Source: a virus
Lineage: Duplodnaviria; Caudoviricetes
DNA: 38,830 bases
Strand: one strand, 5' to 3'
IMG/VR virus record: IMGVR_UViG_3300046779_001797
Location: 1 to 38,830 of that record
The notes beneath the pieces were generated by a model. It had not been told where the DNA came from and did not search any database. It was given only the letters and a program-made list of their open reading frames with translations. Below, one piece after another: positions 15,974 to 26,379 of the stretch (within the stretch, counting starts at the first letter, position 1; each line of letters begins with the position of its first letter). Made by a program: the position numbers and the translations under genes.

Positions 15974-16068
15974 AACATGGAAAACACGAGCACTTTTTCA
16001 GAATCAACTCACACAGCAAATGGTATTCTACTAACAAATCTTGTGTGCGGTAAGAGAGGTACTAACTA

Positions 16069-18747
16069 ATGCCTGGTTTTCTTGGTGGTAGCAGCGGTTC
16101 AAGCTCCTCTGGCGGTCAAATTGGCTTTCCTAAAGAGTTTATTGACCCAGTAACTAAACTCCGCGTTTCCCAGCCTGAAAACCTTATCGATACTGACTTC
16201 GAATATGGTCTACAGCCTACTAAGTGGGAAACCGTTGAGCTTATCAACAACACTCCATCGTTCTTCTCTAAGAGCGGTGATACAACTATTCCTAACCTTC
16301 TTGCTATCACTACAAATGATGGTACGCGTGAAATTACCGTAACTACAGGTCTTCCGCACGGACTTGCAGTTGGTATTCCTATTAGCGTTACAGGTACTAA
16401 ATCAATCACTGCTGATGGTTCATACATCATCAACTCAATCCCTAACCCAACTACCTTTACATATCTATGTAAAGATGTACAAATTGGTACAAACTCGATT
16501 GAGGACCTTTATTCTTCTATTATTACAGGCGAGTTCTTCCAAGGATCTCAGCTTCGTCTAGCAGACGCTGCTGGTATTACAACTGACGGCGAGGCCGTAT
16601 CAACTCTTACTGTTCGTACTGGCTCTACCCATGGATTCTTTGTAGACACTCCGTTCTACTTCCTGAACTTGAACTCAACCATTTCTCAGGAATTCCCTGC
16701 TAACAACAACGAAGCCAAGTCTTTCGACTCTTCAAACTCTGCAACTGCGCAGACATTTGACGGTTCAAATACTCTTTCCCAGCTAAACATTGACTGGTCT
16801 AACTCAGCGACTGTTGCTGGTGTGACAAGCACCGTCAACATGACAACTGCGAACATTACAAATGGGACTATCACAGTTGCTCACGGTACAGAGAATTTTG
16901 TAGGTAAGCCACTTGGAACTCCTCTCTACTACAGCGTAGTTGCTGGTGGAGGATATTTTGCTACTAATCCTCGCGGAGTAGTTTTCCTAAAGACTACTGA
17001 CCAACTAGGGTCTGCAAGTTCTACATTCCAAGTTAGTGCTGTTCCAGATGGCGATGTCATTGAAATCCCTACCACAATGACTGGAACTTTCCAGCTAGCT
17101 AACCAAGCTCGTACTTTTGCTGGTAACAACGTAAACCCAGTTACAGAACAAGTAGTTGAAATTATCAATGACACCCCTAAAGAATTTGACGGTTCTAATA
17201 CTCTAGGTAAGTCTGGAACTGTTAGCTCTTTCAGTGGATCTCTAATCAACGTAAATGCTGCTGTCGGAGAAACTCTTGACTGGTACTACGGTGCAATGGT
17301 TTACTACACAACCACTGGTACCGCAGCTAGTGGTTTGACTGCAAACACTACCTACTTTATTGACTCATTCTTCCCAACTGGTGGAACTGGGTACGCTTTC
17401 ACATTGAAGGACCTACCAACTGGTGCAACTAAGACTTCAATCTCTGGTGGAACTGGTACACAGACTTTCAAGCAAATCGGTGTATCACTAGACAAGAATA
17501 TTTTCCACGTCAAAGACAATGGGTATTCTCGTTTTGACATGCTTCGTTACGAAGCTCCTGTTGATGGAAAATTTGGTGTTGTAACCCAAGACCAAAATAA
17601 GAACTTCTACTTTGTTGCTCTCGTGTATGACAGCCACAACTTTGCATTGAACCAGACTGTTGGTGAGCTTCTTCCTACTACTCAGTCTCGTAGTGGGTAC
17701 AGCCGATATGCAATCACTCCTACACAAGTAACTCCAGTAGGTCTTACAGCTCCAATTACATATGCAGTAACTAGTGGAACTCTACCTACTGGTCTTACTT
17801 TGAACACATCTACTGGTGTTGTATCAGGTACTCCTCAGGAAAATATTGCTGTTCCAGGTAGAACTGTAATTATTACTGCAACAGATGCTGATGGAATCAC
17901 TGCATTCCAAACTCACACATATCAGTTTGACCAGCCACCTGCACTTTACTCATTCTCATCAGTCAACTTCAACACTGGTGGAGCTAGTGGTTCTGGTGGA
18001 CCAAACCTAACTCAGGCTCGTTCTGGAGCAGGTAACCCTTCATGGGGTAACACTTACATCACTATGCCAGGTAACACTGGAACAATTGTCTGGACTGTCC
18101 CTGAATCAGCAACTTACCGTATCGAAGCATATGGTGCTGCTGGTGGTTGGGCATCTAACTGGGGTACTCGCGGTGGATACGGATCTCGTATGCGCGGTGA
18201 CTTCAACCTAAACCTAGGTGACGAACTTTCAATTGTTGTCGGTCAAGCTGGTAACGGTGGCGGTGACGTCGGTGCTGGTGGTGGTGGATCATTCGTTGCT
18301 CTTCGCGCTGGAAACGTTCCACTTCTAGTAGCTGGTGGTGGTGGAGGTGGTGCACCTAACTTCAACGGTGCAGATGCTCCAACTGGTACAAGCAGTAGCG
18401 GAAATGCAAGCTACGGCGGTGCATCTAGCGGTAACGGTGGAAACGGTGACTCCTTCGGTGGAGGCGGTGGCTTTTATGGTAACGGTGGTGGCTGGGGTGG
18501 TCCTGGTACATCATTTACCAACGGTGCTTATGGTGGTAGCTACGGCTACACAGGTGGTTTTGGTGGTGGCGGTGGAGGCCGTGGTTGGGCTGGAGGCTCT
18601 GGTGGTGGCGGTGGCTACTCTGGTGGTCCAGGCTCATGGTGGTCTTCTTCTGGCGCTGGTGGTGGATCATTCAATAATGGTGCTAACCAAAGCAACTCAT
18701 CCACAGCCAGCGGTGGTATGGGTCAAGTTTCTATTACAAAGCTCTAA
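16069..18747 (+). CDS. Virion structural protein with Ig-like (He_PIG-type) and C-terminal ALK/LTK-like glycine-rich domains
   Basis: N-terminal LRVSQPENLIDTDFEYGLQPTKWE. HG-containing beta repeats. TYAVTSGTLPTGLTLNTSTGVVSGTP (He_PIG-like). WTVPESATYRIEAYGAAGG...VVGQAG...PLLVAGGGGG followed by polyglycine tracts. Confidence 0.75.
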   Translation: MPGFLGGSSGSSSSGGQIGFPKEFIDPVTKLRVSQPENLIDTDFEYGLQPTKWETVELINNTPSFFSKSGDTTIPNLLAITTNDGTREITVTTGLPHGLAVGIPISVTGTKSITADGSYIINSIPNPTTFTYLCKDVQIGTNSIEDLYSSIITGEFFQGSQLRLADAAGITTDGEAVSTLTVRTGSTHGFFVDTPFYFLNLNSTISQEFPANNNEAKSFDSSNSATAQTFDGSNTLSQLNIDWSNSATVAGVTSTVNMTTANITNGTITVAHGTENFVGKPLGTPLYYSVVAGGGYFATNPRGVVFLKTTDQLGSASSTFQVSAVPDGDVIEIPTTMTGTFQLANQARTFAGNNVNPVTEQVVEIINDTPKEFDGSNTLGKSGTVSSFSGSLINVNAAVGETLDWYYGAMVYYTTTGTAASGLTANTTYFIDSFFPTGGTGYAFTLKDLPTGATKTSISGGTGTQTFKQIGVSLDKNIFHVKDNGYSRFDMLRYEAPVDGKFGVVTQDQNKNFYFVALVYDSHNFALNQTVGELLPTTQSRSGYSRYAITPTQVTPVGLTAPITYAVTSGTLPTGLTLNTSTGVVSGTPQENIAVPGRTVIITATDADGITAFQTHTYQFDQPPALYSFSSVNFNTGGASGSGGPNLTQARSGAGNPSWGNTYITMPGNTGTIVWTVPESATYRIEAYGAAGGWASNWGTRGGYGSRMRGDFNLNLGDELSIVVGQAGNGGGDVGAGGGGSFVALRAGNVPLLVAGGGGGGAPNFNGADAPTGTSSSGNASYGGASSGNGGNGDSFGGGGGFYGNGGGWGGPGTSFTNGAYGGSYGYTGGFGGGGGGRGWAGGSGGGGGYSGGPGSWWSSSGAGGGSFNNGANQSNSSTASGGMGQVSITKL

Positions 18748-18765
18748 AGAACAAGGAGAATATAA

Positions 18766-21700
18766 ATGCCAATTGACGTAACGGCTGCGGGTGCTGCGGG
18801 TACCCACTCCTTTGCTAAGGTGAATGTAAATACTGACGAAGACTTTATTTACTACAAGAACACTACAGGAAGCGTTATCCCTGCAGCGTTTGTTCCTGGC
18901 ACAGCATTCCTATACACAACAGGTGCTGGGTCTATTGGCGGCTACACCGAAGATGGTCTTGTCTATGTCGTTACTACAGAACCTAAGAAGTTGAAGTTTT
19001 CTACTACTTCTGGTGGAAATGCTATAGATATTACTGGCAGTACTGCTGGTTCTGTAAACTTCAATACTCCTGTTGTTTATGACAATAAGCTAAATATTGA
19101 CTCATCTACTGCAACAAACCAAGCAGTGAAGTATTACACCAACGGAACACCAATTACTGGACTTACTAGTGGAGATACATACTTCCTAAAGAACGTTTCT
19201 ATCTCAAGTTTTGCTGGTTCTCAATCTCTCTACCCTTTTACATCGCACACATTTACTACTTGTAACAAAACTGGTCGTGTAGGTCCTAACCAGACTGAAA
19301 TGCGTGCTTTCTACAACACATCATGGGATGAGCAGTACATTGCTCAAGGAGCATTTGTTGGTTACCAAGACTGGACAGTTCCAGTATCAGGTGTCTACTC
19401 ATTCGATGTTCGCGGTGCTGGTGGTTATAACGGTCCTGGTACTGGTGGTGCTGGTAGCGGTGCAATTGTTCAAGGTCGTATTTCACTAACTAAGGGTGAA
19501 GTTATTACCATTGCTGTCGGTCAAGTTGGTGCTGCTCCAGCATCAGGTAACTTTGGTGGTGGCGGTGGTGGAACATTCGTTGTTCGTAAAACTGGTAACG
19601 AGCCTTTGTTTATTGCTGGTGGTGGCTCAGCTGAGCCAAATACTGGTGCAGGACGAAATGGTCAAACAGGACGTCTAGCAGGAACTTCAACAAACGGAAC
19701 TGCTGCTGGTGGTAACGCTGGTTTCGGTGGTCGTTCACTTGGTGGTTACTCAGCAGCTGCTGGTGGTTTTTTCTCGCGTGGTGCGAATGGTTTCTTCAAC
19801 TCCAACAACACTGGAGCTACTATCACTCTCGGTGGTGGATCATTTGTTGATGGTTTGACTCAGGGAACTAACACCTCAGTCGGTGGTTATGGTGGCTTCG
19901 GTGGTGGAGGTCAATCTGACGGTACTCGTGCTGGTCAAGCTGGTGGTGGCGGTGGCTACTCTGGTGGTGGTGGAGCTCGTTCCACAATCGCTAACCAGTC
20001 TGGTGGTGGTGGAGGTTCCTTCATCGTTGCTACAGCTACAAACGTTGCAACTTCAGACGGTCGTTTTGATGGCGCTACTACATTCAATGGCTCAGCTATT
20101 GCAAACGTTGGTTCCTACAATGCTGGAGAAGGTAGCGTTCTAGTTACACTAGTTTCCAGCTTTACCACTGGTAACAGTGTTCACCCAACAGCCCAAGACG
20201 CTGAGTCTGGAACAAACACTATTGCTATCGCAGCTCAAGGAAGCTCATATCACTCATTTGTACCTATCAACTTTGATACCCAGAATGACGTGATTCACAG
20301 CCCTGTAGCTCACACATTGAGCGATGGCGAAGCAATTACATTGTTTTTCAATGGAACTCCTCCTACTGGAATCCAAAACAATGCCGTGTTCTATGTCAAT
20401 ACGGTGGATGCTTTCACATATCGTCTAAGCACTACTCCAGCACCAAGCTTTACAAATATCAACTTGATTGATCCGTCTTCTCGTGAAACTACAACATCAT
20501 CTACGCTAAGTCGAGTTGTTGTAAACACTGCAACCAACACTTTGACTATTAGTAGCCATGGTTTCTTGGTTGACCAGCCGTTGAAGTACGACACTGGTTC
20601 TGGTACTGCTATTGGCGGTCTTCAAGACGGTTTGACATACTATGTCGCAGAAGTTTTGAACGCTAACCAGATTCGTCTAAAGTCTTCTCTAAACTCTCCT
20701 ACTGTCATTGACCTTACCTCTGCAGGTACAGGTACCGCTCACAGCTTCATCTTCTTGACAGTAAACGATGTTGAAGACACTCTTTACATTCCTAACCACG
20801 GTTTGGTAACAGGTCAAGCTGTTCGATACAACAATGGTGGTGGAACCACAATTCCAGGTCTAACTAATGATGGAACTTACTACATCACCAAGGTAGACAA
20901 CAGCATCGTGAAGCTTTCCACAAATGCATCAAACCTACCTGCTAGCGTCGCTAACATCACTGGTCCAGGTACTGGAACTCAATCCTTATACCTAACCTCT
21001 CTTGATTACACAACTAACACTCTGACTGTTCCTAGCCACGGATTCCTTGCAGGAGAACTAGTTGAGTACGACGCAAAGGGTCAGACTGCAATTAGTGGTC
21101 TTACTACTGCAACTCCTTACTATGTAATCTTCGTAAACGGTGACAACATCAAGTTGGCAACTACACCTGAAAACGCAGACGCTGGCGTGGCTGTAGATAT
21201 TACTAACAGCCCACTTGGTGTTGGTCGTCACAGCCTTCGCTCATTGAGCAAGACTCCAGATGGTATTTACTCAATTACATCTACTCCAAATGCCGAAACA
21301 TTTACTGTAGAAGCAAAGGGTAATGTTCCTGTAATTACTAAGACATTCAACCCTCGTTCAACTATTGATTTGAATTTGGAGACTTTCTACCTACCTTCAC
21401 ACGGTTTTACAACTGGAACAAAGGTTCGTTATGAGCAGGGTCTAGCTGCTACTGACATTACTGGTCTAACAAACAACACTGACTACTATGTTGTAGCAAT
21501 CAACCGTGACTACTTGCGTCTAGCAACTACAGCTGAGAATGCTGCTTCTGGTATCACTCTATCCATCACTGACCACGGTACTGGTGTTGCACACAAGCTC
21601 ATCACAGACCAGATCAACGGTAACGTTACTGGTGCAGGTACAGTCTCCGTAGGCGCAGGTTCGGTGCTTGTAAACGGTACTGGTACTTCGTTCTCAAAGA

Positions 21701-24591
21701 TTCTCAAGGTGGGAGACCGTTTCCGTCTATTCCCACCTAACACAAACACGACAGTTTCTTTTGTTGCTGCGGATGTAAACACCACAACAAACCGAGTTAC
21801 CAAGGCTCACACATTTAGCACTGGTGACGTCGTGAAGTTTGCATCAAATTCTGGTGTGGCTCCATCTCCTTTGGTTGATGGTTATTACTACTTTGTTCGT
21901 GCAGTATCAAGCACTGAATTGACTCTTCACAACACATATAACGATGCTTTGAATAACCTTCAGGCAGTGGATTTCAGCACCCAAGGTACTAACCCAGGTG
22001 CTACTACATTTACATTCGTAAAGACTGTACCAGTAGGTCCAATCATTCGTCGTATTACAGCTATTGGTTCGGATACACAGATTACTGTTGACCGTCCATA
22101 CGCTAATGCCTACACCGCAGTTTCATACTCATTCCCTACCTTCGTGTATGTACGTCCTCAGGGCTACTCACTACACCGTCCATTCGACGGTGGTGTTGAG
22201 ATGTCAGTTGGTGCAAAGACATCACTTGGTCAAATTATCCGCCAGACTCGTAAGTACTTCCGCTACCAGTCAGGTAAGGGTCTACAGACTTCTTGCGGTA
22301 TCAACTTCCAGCCATCTGTTGACATCGAGAGCATGATTCAGTTCTCACCAACAACAATTGAGGCTAGAACACGTCGTCCTCACGGTCTAGTTTCTGGTCT
22401 CTACATTGTTGTATCTCAGGCTGAAGATTCATACGGAAACCAAAGCACTGTCTATAACGGTGAGTTCCAAGTTACAGTAGTAGATCTAACAACATTTAGA
22501 TTCCCTGCACTTGAACCAATCGTTCAAAACCGCGCATACGGATTCCCACAGTTCTATGTACGCGAGTGGTCAAACGGTGCTGTTCGTTCAGGTATGTTCG
22601 ACTTCCAGAACGGTATGTTCTACGAGTTCAACGGCTCTGAGATTTATGCAGTTCGTCGTTCATCTACTCAGCAACTTGCTGGATCAGCTTCTGCCCTTCA
22701 AGGTTCAGAGCTTATCTTTGGAACAAACACTAGCTTCCAAGCTCAGCTTACTGTAGGTGACTACATCGTTATGCGTGGTCAGTCATATCGTGTTACTCAG
22801 ATTGACTCTGACACTCGTATGTCTGTTCGACCTGAGTACAAGGGTTCATCTGGAGCTGAAAAGGAATTCAACCCTCAGACCCAAGTAAACACCAGCACAA
22901 ATGTTGTTTCTATTGTTGGTCACGGTTTCTCTGACCGTCTTCCAGTTGTTTACAACTCAATTGACGGTGACCCTATTGGTGGTCTTATCAACGGTCGTAC
23001 TTACTACATCGACCTTGCATCGATTGATATCGGTAGCAGAAACAATGCTTTCAAGCTACTTGCTGACCCAGACTCAAACACTAACGTAGAGTTCTCAAGC
23101 ACTGGTACAACAACAGTCCACTCATTTGTACCTGCTAAGTCAGGTATCATCATGACAAAGACTGTTGATACTAAGGTTCCTCAGTCACAGTGGTCAATCG
23201 ACGTTTGCGATGGTTCTGGACCAACTGGCTACCTACTTGACACAAGCCGTATTCAGATGTCCTACATTGACTACTCTTGGTATGGTGCGGGTAAGATTCG
23301 CTTCGGGTTCAAGACCACAGACGGTCAGGTTCAGTACGTCCACGAATTTATCCACAACAACAACTTGTACGAGTCATACTTCCGCTCTGGTAACCTCCCA
23401 GCTCGCTACGAAGTTGTGACCTATGAGAACCCGACTTACATCCCTTACTTGTTCCACTGGGGTACCTCGGTCATCATGGATGGTCGCTTCGACGATGACA
23501 ACGCTTACTTGTTCACTGGTTCAAGCCAGACTCTACAAATTACTGGAACAACAGCCAAGTCATTTGCGTCTGCTGGTATCAACCTTACAAATGACTTGAT
23601 TACTGTACAGTCTCACGGTTTCAATACTGGTGACATCTTGCAGTTCCAATCAATTGCTCCTAACGGTTTCCCAGGTACAAATACCTTGAACCCAACAACT
23701 GCTGTAGTTGGTTCAAATACTTATGCAAACTTGGCAAATAACCAAAGCTACAAGGCATTTGTAAACTCTGTGAACTTGATTCACTTGACTCCAGCCAATG
23801 CAACAATCACTCTTGGTGCAAACGTTGCTAGGTCTGGTAGCACAATTACTGTAACTACAGCTACTCCACACGGTTTGACTACTGGTATGTATGTTGGAAT
23901 TTATGGTTTGACTGCAGCTAACCTTACAAATGGTGCTTACACCGTCACAAGAACTAGCGATACTGTATTTACATACACCGTTGCTGGAACTCAGACAGTG
24001 GCTGCAATTGACCAACCAGGTGCTGCAATTTCTGAAGTTATCAACTTCACAAGTCAAGGAAACACTCAGTACACCTACTTCTTGTATCCAAATGGCTCAT
24101 TGAACAACACATCTGGTCCAAACTACCAGCCGTTGATCTCGATTCGCCTATCCCCTTCAGTATCTGAAGGTCTTACAGGTAAGCTCGGTGACCGAGATGT
24201 TATCAACCGAATGCAGCTACGTCTACAAGAAGTTGGTGTCTCTACAACTCAGCTTGTCGATGTGAAGGTTCTTCTAAACCCTCGTCTAAACAACTTGAAC
24301 TTTGTCGGTGTAGATTCACCTTCATTGACTCAGATTGTTGAGCACACTTCAGCAGACACAGTGTCTGGTGGAGTTCAGGTTTACAACTTCCGTGCATCTG
24401 GTGGATCTGGTGGTGTAGAGGCTACTACAACAGTAGACGTTTCCTCACTGTTCGAGCTATCAAACTCTATCCTCGGTGGAGACTCTATCTTCCCAGACGG
24501 TCCAGATATCTTGACAATCGCGGTATCGCGTCTTACTGGTAACTCCACCCTAGCGTCAGCTAAGCTATCATGGGCAGAAGCTCAGGCGTAA
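18766..24591 (+). CDS. Giant virion structural protein (1941 aa) with ALK/LTK-like glycine-rich domain and ~10 HG-type beta repeats
   Basis: SD AAGGAG. FTTC..TG..GP...WTVPVSGVYSFDVRGAGG. Repeats of the type L.I..HG..TG..V.Y....I.GL....YYV. Conserved-looking blocks RQTRKYFRYQSGKG, IDYSWYGAGKIRFG and RSGNLPARYE. Confidence 0.75.
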   Translation: MPIDVTAAGAAGTHSFAKVNVNTDEDFIYYKNTTGSVIPAAFVPGTAFLYTTGAGSIGGYTEDGLVYVVTTEPKKLKFSTTSGGNAIDITGSTAGSVNFNTPVVYDNKLNIDSSTATNQAVKYYTNGTPITGLTSGDTYFLKNVSISSFAGSQSLYPFTSHTFTTCNKTGRVGPNQTEMRAFYNTSWDEQYIAQGAFVGYQDWTVPVSGVYSFDVRGAGGYNGPGTGGAGSGAIVQGRISLTKGEVITIAVGQVGAAPASGNFGGGGGGTFVVRKTGNEPLFIAGGGSAEPNTGAGRNGQTGRLAGTSTNGTAAGGNAGFGGRSLGGYSAAAGGFFSRGANGFFNSNNTGATITLGGGSFVDGLTQGTNTSVGGYGGFGGGGQSDGTRAGQAGGGGGYSGGGGARSTIANQSGGGGGSFIVATATNVATSDGRFDGATTFNGSAIANVGSYNAGEGSVLVTLVSSFTTGNSVHPTAQDAESGTNTIAIAAQGSSYHSFVPINFDTQNDVIHSPVAHTLSDGEAITLFFNGTPPTGIQNNAVFYVNTVDAFTYRLSTTPAPSFTNINLIDPSSRETTTSSTLSRVVVNTATNTLTISSHGFLVDQPLKYDTGSGTAIGGLQDGLTYYVAEVLNANQIRLKSSLNSPTVIDLTSAGTGTAHSFIFLTVNDVEDTLYIPNHGLVTGQAVRYNNGGGTTIPGLTNDGTYYITKVDNSIVKLSTNASNLPASVANITGPGTGTQSLYLTSLDYTTNTLTVPSHGFLAGELVEYDAKGQTAISGLTTATPYYVIFVNGDNIKLATTPENADAGVAVDITNSPLGVGRHSLRSLSKTPDGIYSITSTPNAETFTVEAKGNVPVITKTFNPRSTIDLNLETFYLPSHGFTTGTKVRYEQGLAATDITGLTNNTDYYVVAINRDYLRLATTAENAASGITLSITDHGTGVAHKLITDQINGNVTGAGTVSVGAGSVLVNGTGTSFSKILKVGDRFRLFPPNTNTTVSFVAADVNTTTNRVTKAHTFSTGDVVKFASNSGVAPSPLVDGYYYFVRAVSSTELTLHNTYNDALNNLQAVDFSTQGTNPGATTFTFVKTVPVGPIIRRITAIGSDTQITVDRPYANAYTAVSYSFPTFVYVRPQGYSLHRPFDGGVEMSVGAKTSLGQIIRQTRKYFRYQSGKGLQTSCGINFQPSVDIESMIQFSPTTIEARTRRPHGLVSGLYIVVSQAEDSYGNQSTVYNGEFQVTVVDLTTFRFPALEPIVQNRAYGFPQFYVREWSNGAVRSGMFDFQNGMFYEFNGSEIYAVRRSSTQQLAGSASALQGSELIFGTNTSFQAQLTVGDYIVMRGQSYRVTQIDSDTRMSVRPEYKGSSGAEKEFNPQTQVNTSTNVVSIVGHGFSDRLPVVYNSIDGDPIGGLINGRTYYIDLASIDIGSRNNAFKLLADPDSNTNVEFSSTGTTTVHSFVPAKSGIIMTKTVDTKVPQSQWSIDVCDGSGPTGYLLDTSRIQMSYIDYSWYGAGKIRFGFKTTDGQVQYVHEFIHNNNLYESYFRSGNLPARYEVVTYENPTYIPYLFHWGTSVIMDGRFDDDNAYLFTGSSQTLQITGTTAKSFASAGINLTNDLITVQSHGFNTGDILQFQSIAPNGFPGTNTLNPTTAVVGSNTYANLANNQSYKAFVNSVNLIHLTPANATITLGANVARSGSTITVTTATPHGLTTGMYVGIYGLTAANLTNGAYTVTRTSDTVFTYTVAGTQTVAAIDQPGAAISEVINFTSQGNTQYTYFLYPNGSLNNTSGPNYQPLISIRLSPSVSEGLTGKLGDRDVINRMQLRLQEVGVSTTQLVDVKVLLNPRLNNLNFVGVDSPSLTQIVEHTSADTVSGGVQVYNFRASGGSGGVEATTTVDVSSLFELSNSILGGDSIFPDGPDILTIAVSRLTGNSTLASAKLSWAEAQA

Positions 24592-24603
24592 GAGAGGGAA
24601 ACA

Positions 24604-26379
24604 ATGCCGATTCAGCGACTTGGAATTTCCAACCCATCTGCTAACGCAGACACATCACTGGCAGCATTTTCGTCAGCACACCTTGTTTCGGTCATCGTAT
24701 CGAACAAGTCTGCTGTCGCTGTCCCTGCTTGTAAAGTTAGCATCTGGGTTGCCCCAGCCAACGCTGTAATTCAGCAAAACTTTGCGTATATCTGCTACAA
24801 CTTAGAGATAGGAGTTGGACAGTCTTTCGAGACTTTCCGATTCGCCGTAAACTCTGGAGATACTCTCTACGTTAGATCAAGCACATCTAGTGCATCATTT
24901 AGCTGTGTAGGTATTGCTCAGGAAGATTCAGCTCTTCCAGAGAACGTCTCTCAGACTCTTACTAATAAAGAGATTCGTGGTCTATACAACACTATTTATG
25001 TTGATAAAGGTATAACTGCTGAACGCCGCGAGAGCGCAGAGGTTGGGTATGTTCGATTCAACACAGAACTAAATAGTGGTGCTGGAGCTCTTGAGCAAAA
25101 GACATCGCAAGGTTGGGAAATCGTAGGTACTGGTGTTACATCTGGACCTACTGGTCCTACTGGACCAGTTGGTGCAACTGGAGCGACTGGTCCATCAGGT
25201 GGCCCAACTGGACCAACTGGTGCTATTGGAGCAACAGGACCTACAGGTCCTAATGGTATTGGTGGTTCTGACGGTCCGACAGGTCCTACTGGACCTGCTG
25301 GTCCAGCTGGTCCACAAGCGACAACAGTAACTCTACTTGGAACCATTGCTGACATTGCATCACTACCACCAACAGGCAATACTTTAGGTGATTCATATGT
25401 AGTAGTTGCCCAAGACAATAACGTTTACTACTGGGATGGAGCAAACTGGGACAACATCGGTCCTATTGTTGGTCCAACTGGTCCTCAGGGTATTCCTGGA
25501 CCAACAGGACCTACAGGTCCTGCTAGCAATGTTGTTGGGCCTCAGGGTGCTCAAGGTCCGACTGGTGCTACTGGTCCACAGGGAGACCCTTCTAACGTTC
25601 CAGGACCGACAGGTCCAGCTGGTGTAGCTGGCCCTACTGGTCCTCAGGGATCTACTGGTGCACAGGGTCCTACAGGAGGAACTGGACCTACAGGAGCTGC
25701 TGGAACTAACATCATAATTGTTGGTAATGCTCCAGATTTTGCATCTCTACCAATTAGTGCCACAGTCAATGATGCATATGTCACTTTAGACACAGGCAAT
25801 ACCTATCTTTGGAACGGAACGGCTTGGGTAAATCTAGGTCAAATTTCTGGACCTCAAGGACCTACAGGTGCAACTGGTGCACAAGGTCCTCAGGGAGACA
25901 TCGGTCCTACAGGTCCATCAGGTGGCCCAACTGGAGCTACTGGAGCTACTGGTCCTCAAGGTCCAGCAGGTTCGGGCTCCGTTGATGTTGTTCCTACTTC
26001 TGATTCAACTACTTATGTAGGTCTTTATGAATCTGCTACTGGTGCACTTGGTGGTAAAACCAATGCTGGAATTACATATGACGCTCTGATTCAGCGTCTA
26101 TATGTTGGAGGTATTGAAACTTCCCAGCTATTGCCGCCATCAACGAGCACAGGAACATTCACTGTAAGCTCCCCAACAACAATAACTTTAGACCCTACCA
26201 CTGAGGTTTTGGTAACTACTCCAATGGTGCTAGTCACTAAAACTGTGGCTGAATTGGGAGCGTTAGTTGCCACTTCTGGTGCTATAGCTTACTGTTCTGA
26301 TGAGGCTGGAGGCGCTGTTCCTGTTTTCTATGATGGAACTGACTGGCGTCGAATGACTGATAGAACGGTTGTGGCGTAG
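24604..26379 (+). CDS. Collagen-like fibre protein (591 aa)
   Basis: N-domain MPIQRLG...[12 protein letters not shown], paralogous to 28005. GPT tracts, two W..G.I.GP modules and a C-terminal [21 protein letters not shown]. Confidence 0.82.
   Translation: MPIQRLGISNPSANADTSLAAFSSAHLVSVIVSNKSAVAVPACKVSIWVAPANAVIQQNFAYICYNLEIGVGQSFETFRFAVNSGDTLYVRSSTSSASFSCVGIAQEDSALPENVSQTLTNKEIRGLYNTIYVDKGITAERRESAEVGYVRFNTELNSGAGALEQKTSQGWEIVGTGVTSGPTGPTGPVGATGATGPSGGPTGPTGAIGATGPTGPNGIGGSDGPTGPTGPAGPAGPQATTVTLLGTIADIASLPPTGNTLGDSYVVVAQDNNVYYWDGANWDNIGPIVGPTGPQGIPGPTGPTGPASNVVGPQGAQGPTGATGPQGDPSNVPGPTGPAGVAGPTGPQGSTGAQGPTGGTGPTGAAGTNIIIVGNAPDFASLPISATVNDAYVTLDTGNTYLWNGTAWVNLGQISGPQGPTGATGAQGPQGDIGPTGPSGGPTGATGATGPQGPAGSGSVDVVPTSDSTTYVGLYESATGALGGKTNAGITYDALIQRLYVGGIETSQLLPPSTSTGTFTVSSPTTITLDPTTEVLVTTPMVLVTKTVAELGALVATSGAIAYCSDEAGGAVPVFYDGTDWRRMTDRTVVA

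Noticed and set aside
15977-16069. 30-aa ORF (MENTSTFSESTHTANGILLTNLVCGKRGTN) ending in a TAATG overlap with the next gene
   Set aside because: It is very short with a weak SD, and the region looks more like a promoter/leader (TATTCT at 16024-16029, GAGG SD). It cannot be supported without conservation data.
18745-18768. Stop-codon readthrough fusing the in-frame 892-aa and 1941-aa genes
   Set aside because: Two in-frame TAA codons (18745-18747 and 18763-18765) intervene, and the second gene has its own AAGGAG SD.
16069-24591. Eukaryotic origin or contamination suggested by collagen and ALK-like domains
   Set aside because: The genes are intronless, SD-led, tightly packed and flanked by terminase, primase and WhiB phage genes.
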